IMG/VR virus record: IMGVR_UViG_3300012916_000002
Location: 908 to 64,907 of that record
Direction: 5' to 3' (one strand)
Origin: a virus
Taxonomy: Duplodnaviria > Caudoviricetes
DNA: 64,000 nt
In this document: positions 37,244-46,401 of the stretch, piece by piece
How the letters are laid out: the number at the start of each line of letters is the position of its first letter
Position numbering within the stretch: the first letter of the stretch is position 1
Made by a program: the position numbers and the translations under genes
Notes under the pieces: model-generated
Seen by the model: the letters and a program-made list of their open reading frames with translations, nothing else
What the model was told of the DNA's origin: nothing
Database searches by the model: none

Positions 37244-38725
37244 TCAGTTGAGCTGGAGCTCGACCGTCTTGCGGTACTCGGAGGCCTTCTGAACCTGCTT
37301 GTGGTGCGGCAGCTTCGCGAACGCCGGATCGGCCTTCGACAGGTGCGCCATGAGCTTCATCGTCGGGTTCGGACCGGGCACCCCGCGGAGATCGATGATG
37401 GGCTTGCCCTCGGCGTTCGTCGTCGGGTTCGGCTCGATGCCGATCACTTTGCCCGGCTTCGGCGCCTCGATCTGCGTGCCGTTTGGCCCGGCGACGAGGG
37501 TCGTCGAGAGGTGCTGGTGAGCGCCGTCCTTTACGCCGTACTCGGCAAGGAACTTCTCGCGCCCGGCTTTGCGCGCATCGCGGAGCTTGCTCAGCTTGAG
37601 CTCGCCGTCGATCTTCGCGGCGTCGCCGAGTTGCTTGATTTGCTCGTCGATGAGGTGCGACCGGTAGGCGCGCATCGCCTTAGCCGCGCCGTCGCCCGAG
37701 AGGTTGCCCGCCTTCATCGCGGCGCCGACGTCGGCTTGCGCGATCGCGGCATCCGCGGTCTGCTCCTGCGTGAGCAGGTCGCGAAGCTCTTGGAGCACGC
37801 CCTGGATCTTTTGCTCGGCGGCGCGGAGCTGAGGGATGACCTTCAGCGCTTCGCCCGTGAGCGGGACGCCGAGCGCTTCGAGCACGGTCGTCAGGTTGTT
37901 GTTACCGGCGACGGCCTCTTCGACGGCAGCGCCGACTTCGCCATCGTCTGCGGCAAGCCGGATCTTCAGCGCCTTGCAGACGCGCTCGCGGAGCTTCTCA
38001 TCCATGTGGGCACCCGTACGTGTAGGTTGACGGTCATCGGGCGCCTCCGACGAATCGCTCGCGGAGCGTACCGCGCTCCGGCCGCCTTGGCTAGTCGGAC
38101 GATTCGCGGCGGCGAGCGGCTCGAGGTCGAGCATGAACGGGTGATTGGTGATCGCGATGCTCGTGAGCATCGGTCCGAGCGGCGCTTTAGTGATCCAGTG
38201 TACGCTCGCGAGGGCGAACGCGATCGAGACCCAGCGCTGCTTCCGAAGCCTGATTTGCTCGCGAAGCTGATCGCCGAGGTCGCCGAACGCCCAGAGCTGA
38301 GCCTTGCCGTCGGCGCCATTTCGGATGGCGACGTCGAGCACCCAGCCGCAGGCGGGCGCCCCGGTCTGCGGGATCGTGCCCTCCCACGGCGGGCACTCGC
38401 TCGCGTGCTCGTAGTCGAACTGCAGCACGGGCTCGACGCCGCCGATGTAGGTCTCGCCGCCGGCGAGCTGCAGTGAGCCCGCGCTGTACTGCGGGTGATC
38501 GCGGAAGTTTTTAACGAACGACTCGAAGACCGCGCGCGTGAGGTTGAACGGGCCCTGGTGGTGCCCTTCGTACATCCCTTCGTTCGCGCAGTGAATCCAC
38601 TTAAAGCGCGGGATTTCCGCGGCCGTCGTGATCGTCGTGTCGTTCGCCGGCGCTGCCTCGGCGTCGAGGATCTTCACCCCGAGCCCGTAGTGCGTCGCCC
38701 AGTTCTTCACTGCCGCTTGCCCCAT
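37244..38725 (-). CDS. prohead protease/scaffold (Mu gpI-like)
   Basis: 'W...A.EG...', 'DYEH', 'A.GW', 'Y/W.S..F', 'L.SIAITN.PF'; helical scaffold C-half; ATG 38725. Confidence 0.85.
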   Translation of the reverse strand: MGQAAVKNWATHYGLGVKILDAEAAPANDTTITTAAEIPRFKWIHCANEGMYEGHHQGPFNLTRAVFESFVKNFRDHPQYSAGSLQLAGGETYIGGVEPVLQFDYEHASECPPWEGTIPQTGAPACGWVLDVAIRNGADGKAQLWAFGDLGDQLREQIRLRKQRWVSIAFALASVHWITKAPLGPMLTSIAITNHPFMLDLEPLAAANRPTSQGGRSAVRSASDSSEAPDDRQPTRTGAHMDEKLRERVCKALKIRLAADDGEVGAAVEEAVAGNNNLTTVLEALGVPLTGEALKVIPQLRAAEQKIQGVLQELRDLLTQEQTADAAIAQADVGAAMKAGNLSGDGAAKAMRAYRSHLIDEQIKQLGDAAKIDGELKLSKLRDARKAGREKFLAEYGVKDGAHQHLSTTLVAGPNGTQIEAPKPGKVIGIEPNPTTNAEGKPIIDLRGVPGPNPTMKLMAHLSKADPAFAKLPHHKQVQKASEYRKTVELQLN

Positions 38726-38790
38726 GCCCGAAAGTCTACGGGCCGCGGAGCTCGGCGCGCAACGCAGGCTCGGGCCCGAGCGCGCGATTG

Positions 38791-38806
38791 CCGATCCATG
38801 GATCGG
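38791..38806. promoter_or_regulatory. 16-bp perfect palindrome CCGATCCATGGATCGG (best copy of a dispersed motif)
   Basis: Between divergent starts 38725(-) and 38829(+); half-site recurs at 539, 569, 3531, 9826, 57045, 60503. Confidence 0.7.
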
Positions 38807-38828
38807 TTTCTCGAGGTAGGCTTTGGGC

Positions 38829-39095
38829 ATGAGCGACGTCGTCCGAATCCAAGCGAGCGAGGCTGAGGTGATCGTGCACGGCTTCGCTCCGGAGGAGTAC
38901 GGCGGCGAGAAGATCACGAACGTCGGGCGCGGCCGCATCACGCTCGTCTCGGACACCGGCGAGCGCATCGTGCTCGAGCCGGGTGAGAGCGGAGTGCTAC
39001 GGCGACCGAAGGGAGCGTATCGGATGGCGTGCCCGGAGTGCGGCCTGCACACGGGCGTGCACGAGACTTGGTGCCCGCTTTGGGAGCCGTACTAA
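38829..39095 (+). CDS. small protein with C-terminal zinc knuckle, antisense to head operon
   Basis: 88 aa; 'CPECG.H..H..WC'; stop overlaps MuF stop. Confidence 0.65.
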   Translation: MSDVVRIQASEAEVIVHGFAPEEYGGEKITNVGRGRITLVSDTGERIVLEPGESGVLRRPKGAYRMACPECGLHTGVHETWCPLWEPY

Positions 39096-40120
39096 TCGTT
39101 CGCGCGCTCGCGCTCCGGCGGCGGGTCGTTGGCGGGCTCCATCGACGGGAGCGCGCCGCCCTCGAAGAGCGAGCCGATGCCCGAGGCGAAGCCGAAGTCT
39201 GGCAATCCGCTGATGCTCGAGCCAGACTGCACTCGCCCCGCGCCTTGCTTCACGCTGAGCGAGCGCACGCGGCACCGGCAGTTGTAGCCGTATGGCGTGT
39301 AGGCGATCAGCCAGAACGGGTCGTTCGCGCGGAGCACGAAGTTGCGGTGCGTCCGGCGCTGGCGCGGCGGGCCGTCGCCGACCGGGAGCGATTCCCAGAA
39401 GGGCCGGGTCGCGAGCACCTCGGGCTGGGTCATCTGCCGGGCTCTGCCGCTCGAGTAGGCGCCGATCACGTTCGTGCGGAAGACCGTCTCGACGTGACTG
39501 GGGTTAGTCGGAGTCCAGCCCGCGCTCTCGAAGCGGGCCGCGGCATGCTTACCGAACTCCGATAGGTCGGCGCCGACGGCGAGCTGTCGGATGAGCTCCT
39601 GCTTGACGACCCGCACCATCGCTTCGTTCGCAGCCTTCGCGACGGTGAAGGCCCGGCGCTGCGCGGTCTTCTCCATCTCGTCGAAGATCTCGCGCGTGAC
39701 CGCCTTCTTTTCGATGAACGCTTTGATGGCGTCGTCGAGCGGGCGCGCTGCGAACTTCGTGTCGCGCTTGACCAGGAGCACGCCGGGGTGCCGAGCGGCG
39801 AAGCTCTCGACGGCGACGGCCGTGTCGGTCTCCGATTCGTACCAGGCATCGAGGGCGCCGAGCAGCGCGCCGTGGAGCAGTTCGCGCCCGATGGGCTTCT
39901 CGATTCGCCCCGTGCCGAAGCGCTTCGCCGCGCCGTCGATCGCGCTCTTGATGTCGCGCGCGCTGCTCTTGCCCGAGACCGCCTTGACGATGGCGTCCGC
40001 GAGCGAGCCCGTCACCGATAGGGTGTCCTCGACGCCGCGCTGAACCATGACGTCCGGCGATCCGAAGATCGTCGACGGCTGGGCGGCGAAGCAGATGGCG
40101 GCGCCGCACCCCCCGATCAT
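39092..40120 (-). CDS. MuF/SPP1 gp7-like head morphogenesis protein
   Basis: 'AFTVA', 'TVFRTNVIGAYSSGR', 'RPFWE', 'DPFW..P.GYNCRCRV'; ATGA coupling at 40117-40120. Confidence 0.9.
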   Translation of the reverse strand: MIGGCGAAICFAAQPSTIFGSPDVMVQRGVEDTLSVTGSLADAIVKAVSGKSSARDIKSAIDGAAKRFGTGRIEKPIGRELLHGALLGALDAWYESETDTAVAVESFAARHPGVLLVKRDTKFAARPLDDAIKAFIEKKAVTREIFDEMEKTAQRRAFTVAKAANEAMVRVVKQELIRQLAVGADLSEFGKHAAARFESAGWTPTNPSHVETVFRTNVIGAYSSGRARQMTQPEVLATRPFWESLPVGDGPPRQRRTHRNFVLRANDPFWLIAYTPYGYNCRCRVRSLSVKQGAGRVQSGSSISGLPDFGFASGIGSLFEGGALPSMEPANDPPPERERAND

Positions 40121-40818
40121 GCGTTCGTCCAGATCGCCTCGCGCGACACGCCCGTCTTCGCCTTCATGCTTCCGAGGAAGCGAAACGGTAGCCAGTCGGC
40201 GCCGGCGCTCTCGCATACGATGACTTGTCCGCGTCGGCTCTGACACCAGGTCGCCAGTGCCGAGAAGTTGATCGCGGCGCTGCCGTGCGGATAGTGCCTG
40301 CCCAGATCTCGATAGGGCGGATCGACATACCAGGTCACAGGCACGTCCGCCGCAACCGAGTAATCCGCGTTGAGGATCCGCCAGTGTCGGATATGGCTCA
40401 CCTGACGCGCGATGCGAGCGCGGGCCTGAGAACTCCAGGTGCACATTCCATGGTGGTTCTCATAGTCGGCGCCCGTCCACGATCCGCGGGTCTTCTTCGG
40501 TTGGCTGCTACCCGGGTTAATGCACATGCCGATGAGCCAACGCGCCTCTTGCGGTACGGGTAGCGTATCGACGGACTGGCCCGGTTTGAGGAGCGGGAGC
40601 GCGAGTATCTCACTCTCCCTCGCGCGGATGAGGAAGTCCCAAATTCCGGCGATGGCCTTGCTCTTCTCGATGAGCACGATCCGGCGCTCCGGGTATCGGA
40701 GCGAGTAGCCGGCGCTCCCGGCGAATGGCTCGATGATCGTCCCGTACTTCGGCACCGGGTAGTGCGGCGCGTTCCGCCACTTGCCGCCGAAGTACGTGAA
40801 GAACGGCCGCAAGATCAT
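40117..40818 (-). CDS. N6-adenine DNA methyltransferase (Dam/D12 class)
   Basis: 'FTYFGGKW', 'IEPFAGSAGYS', 'YVDPPY'; 4-nt overlaps with portal and MuF. Confidence 0.9.
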   Translation of the reverse strand: MILRPFFTYFGGKWRNAPHYPVPKYGTIIEPFAGSAGYSLRYPERRIVLIEKSKAIAGIWDFLIRARESEILALPLLKPGQSVDTLPVPQEARWLIGMCINPGSSQPKKTRGSWTGADYENHHGMCTWSSQARARIARQVSHIRHWRILNADYSVAADVPVTWYVDPPYRDLGRHYPHGSAAINFSALATWCQSRRGQVIVCESAGADWLPFRFLGSMKAKTGVSREAIWTNA

Positions 40819-42635
40819 GCCGGCGGCGACTCGCGCGTCCCGACGATCCGGCGCAGCTCGTCGAGCGGCGCCTGCCCGATGATGTCGAGCTCCTCGCGCG
40901 TGAAGCCCGGCTGCGTCCGGGCGAGGAGCGTGAGCCATGCGCCCTTGCTCGCGCTGAGCTGCGGGTTCTTCAGCGGCCGCCACTTGATGATCCACTGCGG
41001 CTCGCCATTGACGAGCTCGACGTCGCGCTCTCGTTCGATGCCGCACCAGGTGCAGAGGTTCTTTCGGCCGTGCTCGCACGCCGGGATCTTCAGCTCGTTC
41101 ATTTTCTCGCAGAGCGCGGCGATCGAGTCGGGCTCGTCGTCGTCCGCGGGCATCGTCGACGCCGGGAGCGCCGGGAGGGCGGGAGCGGGTAAAGCGCCGG
41201 CAGGCGGCGTCGCATCGGGAGGCATCCCATCGCCACCTGCCGGCAAGTTCAAAGCCGGGAGCGGCGACTCGGCGAGCTCGCCCGGGAGCGGCGCATCGCC
41301 GACCGGGTAAACGATCACCGGCGCCGGTGGCAACGGTGCCTGCCCGAAGTCGGCCGGGCGCTGCACCTTGATCAGGTACGGCTCGCCGTCGCGCACCTCC
41401 TGGACGCCGAGCTTCTCGCGCGCCTCCTCGACCGTGACCTGAAGCCCGAGGTCGAGCGCCGCGCCGAGCCGCTTGCCCTCCTCCTCGCGGCTCACGGGCG
41501 GCTCGGTGCGGAAGATGAACCGCGGCGCGTGGTCGACCTCGCCCGGGCCGAAGTTCACCGCGATGATCGCGTCGGTGATCTGGTCCTCGACGGTCTCGCC
41601 GACGCGGCGCGCGTCCGACCAGATGATGAGATCTTCCTCGGATAGGTGCGCGTCGCCGATGCTCGAGCCGAGCCCCGTCGAGACGGCGTCCGTCGTGCCC
41701 GTCGAGCCGAGCACGAGCTTCGACTGCACCTTCTCCGAGTGGCTGATGATGTCGCCCGAGACCTGGCCGGCGCCCGAGAAAGGCTGGATGACCTGCACAT
41801 CCCAGCCGCGCGGCATCTTCGCCGTGTTGTGGTAGCCGAGCCGCTTGACGGTCTCGAAGGCGGTGTCTCCGCTCTCTTCGTTGCCGGAGAGGTCATCGCC
41901 CGGGATCGGTTTGACGATACGCCACGGGCGGCCGAAGACCTCCTGGAGGGCCATGCGCTCGCGCACGCCGGCGCGGCCGAAGTAGCTCCAATAGAGCGTG
42001 CGGATGGCGAGCCCCTCGCGCTCCGGGTAGTCGTTGAAGAGCCGCGGCGTGTAGACGCAGAACTTGTACGGGACGTCCGCGAGCGGGTAGCCGATGTCGC
42101 GGAAGTCGCCGCTGTCCGAGCGGGTGTCGATAACCCGCACGTCGCGGTCGCGACCGAACGAGAGCCGCCGGGGGTGGATCCAGTTCAGGCCGATCAGGTT
42201 CCACTCGGCGCTGAAGTACCGCCAGTCGAGCTCAAGCGCGGCGCGGTTGTCGTAGGCGGCCCACGCGAGGTAGATGAGCGCGTCGCGGAAGCGCGGGATC
42301 GACTCGAGCTGGGCGCGCACGTAGGAGGCATAGAGCTCGGCCTTGCCCGCCTCGACGTAGGCGCCGCTCGCCGGGACGATATCCCAGTCGAGCGCGGCGA
42401 GGCGGTTGAGCCTCTTCTGGAGGATGGCCGAAAGGTGCCCGTCGTACGTGAGTTGCTCGCGCGAGATGTCCGTGATCGGGCACATCCGCCCGCGCTCGGC
42501 GGAGCGAAGCGCGAAGTCGATGGCCTGGAGATCGAGCCCTTTGCCGTAGTGCGGGCGCTCGTTCTCGCTCTTCGGCACGCGCTCGGCGAAGAGCGCTCTC
42601 GGTAGAATGCCGGTATTGACCGGCACTAGTGGCAT
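40815..42635 (-). CDS. portal protein (Mu gp29/DUF935-like)
   Basis: 'DGHL.A.LQKR', 'AAYDNRAALEL.W', 'W....EVFGRPWRI', 'Q.SKLVLG.T.TT', 'DA..V.ET...QI'; ATG 42635. Confidence 0.92.
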   Translation of the reverse strand: MPLVPVNTGILPRALFAERVPKSENERPHYGKGLDLQAIDFALRSAERGRMCPITDISREQLTYDGHLSAILQKRLNRLAALDWDIVPASGAYVEAGKAELYASYVRAQLESIPRFRDALIYLAWAAYDNRAALELDWRYFSAEWNLIGLNWIHPRRLSFGRDRDVRVIDTRSDSGDFRDIGYPLADVPYKFCVYTPRLFNDYPEREGLAIRTLYWSYFGRAGVRERMALQEVFGRPWRIVKPIPGDDLSGNEESGDTAFETVKRLGYHNTAKMPRGWDVQVIQPFSGAGQVSGDIISHSEKVQSKLVLGSTGTTDAVSTGLGSSIGDAHLSEEDLIIWSDARRVGETVEDQITDAIIAVNFGPGEVDHAPRFIFRTEPPVSREEEGKRLGAALDLGLQVTVEEAREKLGVQEVRDGEPYLIKVQRPADFGQAPLPPAPVIVYPVGDAPLPGELAESPLPALNLPAGGDGMPPDATPPAGALPAPALPALPASTMPADDDEPDSIAALCEKMNELKIPACEHGRKNLCTWCGIERERDVELVNGEPQWIIKWRPLKNPQLSASKGAWLTLLARTQPGFTREELDIIGQAPLDELRRIVGTRESPPA

Positions 42636-42790
42636 GGCGCTCGTCGCCTGAACGCGTGCCGACCCTCCTTGCTGCCGCCCTCGTCGCTTCACCCTCCGGA
42701 GATTACCCGGCCGGGCACCGTAGCGCACCACCTCACGCTAGCGATGTCAACGAGAAACCTGTATATGGATCGCTTTCGAAGGGGTGCCCC

Positions 42791-43474
42791 ATGACCGAGA
42801 CCAATGACGAGCGCCCGCCGTCGCTCTCCGATTTCGAGGGCGCGAGCGAGGCGGAGATCGCGGCGCTCCCGCCCGATGAGCGCCGGCTCGTCCGCGCCGA
42901 ACGCGCATGTTGGAAGCTCGACATGATCGCGATGGATCTCACGACCGAGTACCAGCGGCGCGCCGTATTCGACAAGAGCGACTGGGGCGATGGTGCCTGG
43001 CAGACGGAGCCCGACCTCGTGATGTGGCGCGCGAAGGCACCGCCGCACTACCGCTGCATGGTCGCCCGGAGCTTCTTCGGTAGCCTGAACGGCTACGTCG
43101 CGATCCCGCCGGGGCATCCCGCGCACGGCGTCGTCCACCAGCGGCTTAAGCACGTGCCGTCGCATCGCGGGCTGAGCTTCTCGGGACACGCAACAGCAGA
43201 GCATTGGGTGCTCGGCTTTGACTGCGGTCATGGGTTCGACATTCAGCCGGCGTCGAATGCTCGTCTAAGACAGGTTGGGGCGCTGCCGGGGTTCATGAGT
43301 GGCGACGACGACGGCATGGGCGAAGTGTTCCGCATGCGCTACCGCGATCTGCCCTACGTGCGCGAGGTCGTCGAGGCACTCGCGGCCGCGCTCGCGAAGA
43401 TCGCGGCCGACGGCGTGCTGCCTCCGGAGGGCTCCGGCTTCGACGATGAAGAGACGACGGAGCGCGAGCCGTGA
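42791..43474 (+). CDS. conserved phage hypothetical protein
   Basis: 'NGYVAIPPGHP.HG', 'HRGLSFSG', 'WVLGFDCGH..D', 'YRDLPYV..VV..LA'. Confidence 0.75.
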   Translation: MTETNDERPPSLSDFEGASEAEIAALPPDERRLVRAERACWKLDMIAMDLTTEYQRRAVFDKSDWGDGAWQTEPDLVMWRAKAPPHYRCMVARSFFGSLNGYVAIPPGHPAHGVVHQRLKHVPSHRGLSFSGHATAEHWVLGFDCGHGFDIQPASNARLRQVGALPGFMSGDDDGMGEVFRMRYRDLPYVREVVEALAAALAKIAADGVLPPEGSGFDDEETTEREP

Positions 43475-43992
43475 GCGGACCCGTCTACGCGGTGAAGCCC
43501 GACGCCGATGATGAGCGCTACGTCGCGCGTCGCTCGAGCGGGCTTCGACTCGTCCCTTTACCGGCCGAGGTGTTTGCCCCGGCCGTCAACGCCGGAGACC
43601 GAGACATGCCGAAAGCCAAGACACGTAAGCGATACACCGATGAAGAGAAGGCCCCGATCCTCGAGCGGCTCAAGACGCAGAGCGCGACCGCGGTCTCGAC
43701 GGCGACGGGCATCACGACAGGCACGCTCCGGGAGTGGGCGGCCGCTGCTGGCATCAAGATACCTGACGGGCGCACGAAGAAGATCGCCGACTGGGTAGAC
43801 CCTCCCGCGAAGCCCGCGGCGAAGCCCGTCACGAACGGCCACGCCAAGCCGCCGACGCCCGAGTCCGAGGGCCCGCGGCTCACCGTGAGCGGGCTTCCGA
43901 GCTACATCCAGCGGTGCGTCGCCGAGCAGCTACCGGGTATCGTGCGCGAGGAGCTGCAGAAGGCGCTCGCCAACATCGGGCGGAAGTTGTGA
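43471..43992 (+). CDS. HTH DNA-binding protein
   Basis: 'RKRYTDEEKA.IL......AVS.ATGITTGTLREW' helix-turn-helix. Confidence 0.65.
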   Translation: MSGPVYAVKPDADDERYVARRSSGLRLVPLPAEVFAPAVNAGDRDMPKAKTRKRYTDEEKAPILERLKTQSATAVSTATGITTGTLREWAAAAGIKIPDGRTKKIADWVDPPAKPAAKPVTNGHAKPPTPESEGPRLTVSGLPSYIQRCVAEQLPGIVREELQKALANIGRKL

Positions 43993-46396
43993 GGACGTTT
44001 GCCGAGGTGCTGCGTTCGTGGTCCGAACTGGAGCTGCGAGAGTTGACCGGTGACCGGCAGTATGGCGAGGCCGCTTGCGCCGAGCTCGAACGCCGCGCGC
44101 GACCATGCACGTGCTTTCTTGGTCAGCCGGCGAAGCGCGACTGCCCACGCCATCAGGGGTCGCCGCTATGATCCGTCTGCCTAAAGACGCCCGCCGAGTA
44201 TCGGGCGCCCAGCCATGGGTCGAGTTGCACAAACACGTCAATGAACTCTACTGGGGCGACCGCGACCGCGACGGGCCGCCAGCGGCAAAGCCGACCGCGT
44301 TCCGCGGCGTCGTGGTGATCGGGTGCGTCGTCGTGCAGGCGCCGGGAGTTGCGGGCGAGCTCGCACTAGGCACGGGCTGCGCGTGGACGTGGGATGACAA
44401 GAATCCGGAAGTCGCTCGCGCGCTCGCCGAGCAGCTCCGGGAAGCGGCCGACGCGCTCGACCGCGAGGCGGGCTCGTGAGACTCCAGGTCTGCATCTCGA
44501 GCGTGAGTCCGGAAGCGACCTCCGAGATCCTCGCGCGGGCGGCGAAGTGCGCGCCCGGCGTGAAGGTCTTTAGCACCACGAGCAACCGCATCGTCGGCAA
44601 GACGCTCGCCTACGAATTCACCGATCCCGATCTGTGGGCGGAGGTCGAGCTCGAAGACGACACGGACATGGCCGGCACTCGGACGGCGGCTCTTATCGCG
44701 ATGGCGCCGGCGGGGCCGATGATCGCCGCCGTGATGCTCACGCGGCTCTCACGCCCGATGATCGAGGCGGCGGGGCTCGGGCTCACGCACGCGCAAGCGG
44801 TACAGTTCGTCCACACGAAGAGAGGTAAAGCATGAACCGTCTCGACCCGCTGCTCGAGGAAGTCATCGAGGCCGGGCTCATGACGCGCGAGGAAGCGCTG
44901 CGCGTCGACGCCTTCGCGGAGCGGCTCGCGAAGGCGAAGGCCCGCGGTGAGATAACCGAGGCCGAGGCCAGTCGGCAGATTGTCGAGCGCGCCATCGCTG
45001 ACGCGCTCGCGAGGGGTAAAGCGTGAACCGTCACGATCGTCGGAAGGCCGCGGCGCAGGCGCGCCACGGTTCCGACACGATGGGCTCGAGCTACAGCACG
45101 GCACCTCTACCCGACTACGTGCTCAATCACCCGGCGTTCAAGGCGGGCGAGAAGGCTGCCGCCACGGGCGAATTGCCGGAGGGGTACGTGAGGCTGATTC
45201 ACGAGACCGCCAATCTGATGCGCGAATGGGTGTCATCGCGAGCGGTGAAGCCCGACCTGCGCTGGGTTCAAGAGCGAGAGGGCGGCGCCTTTATCGCGGC
45301 GGGCCTCGACGTCGGGGCGCACTACCTGGCAGATAGTCCGGACGCCTTCGCCTTGCCGGCTTGGCTCGACGAGCGCACGGGTCAGCAGCTCTCGCTCAAC
45401 CAGGCGCGCTGGGCGCTCCGTATCTACCAGCACGGCGAGCTGTCATGAGCCGCGAGGTCTCGCGCGAGCTGCGCCGGCTCCGCTTCGTGACGGGCGGCCG
45501 CGGCGTCTTCCTGCTTTGCGAGGTCGGGCGAGGCGCGCAGATACGACTGCTCCCGACGGGCGAAGCGTGCGGCGCCCTGGAGCGCGCCGCCGGGCGGCTC
45601 GGGTTCGGCAACCACTGGAAGGGCGTCACGAAGGCGCTCTCGATGTGGGCCCTGCCCGACGTCCTGAGCGAGGCGATCGAAGAGCAGGAGGCGCTGCCGT
45701 GACCTTCTACACGGTGCCGTGGTTCCCCGAGCTCGAGGGTAGCACCTACCAGCAGATGAGTAGCCAGGGCCTCCACACGACCATGATGGTGGCGTGGGCC
45801 ACCCGTAGGCTGGGCTGGGCGGCGCCAGTCGTGTTCGGATTACAGATGGGCTGGCTCTTCGAGAGCCTCCCCGATGACCTGCAGACCACGGTGGCGCGCG
45901 GCGCCATCCTCACCGCGCGCCGGCTCGGGCTCATCGAAGAACGCGCCGGGCAGGTCGGGCCGAGCGACACGCTGATGCGCATGCGCCCGTGGTGGGAGTC
46001 GTGAGCCGCGCCGATCGAGAGCGCGAGCTCCGCTCCGAGACCCGCCGCTTGAAGGCCGCGCTCGGCGCCATCCACGACCGGCTCCACGCCGGCGAGATCG
46101 ACGAGGCTCACGAGCAGTGCGAGTGCGCGCTCGCCGGCGGCGACGTCACGCAACCGAATCTGACGCCGGCCAACACGGCGCTCTCGATGAGCTTCGCCGC
46201 CGAATTCAACGCGCTCGCCGAGCGGCATAAGGTCCGCGCGTGCTGCGTGCTGCTCCTACCGAGCGCGACCGTGAAGAACGCGGTGAGCATCCAGATATGC
46301 GGCGAGGTCGCGGCGTGCAAGATCGTCGAGGAGCGGATGTTCGGCTCGCCATCGACGTACATGGGCGACCACGCCCAGGCCGAGCCCGGCGAGTGA
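43989..46396 (+). other. run of 8 coupled small hypothetical ORFs (43989-44171, 44168-44479, 44476-44835, 44832-45026, 45023-45448, 45445-45702, 45699-46004, 46001-46396)
   Basis: Successive ATGA/GTGA overlaps; no recognisable domains. Confidence 0.65.
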
Positions 46397-46401
46397 AGCC
46401 C

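Noticed and set aside
43471-43992. IS3-type transposase (HTH_Tnp_1-like N-terminus)
   Set aside because: No DDE domain, downstream OrfB or terminal inverted repeats; treated as a standalone HTH protein
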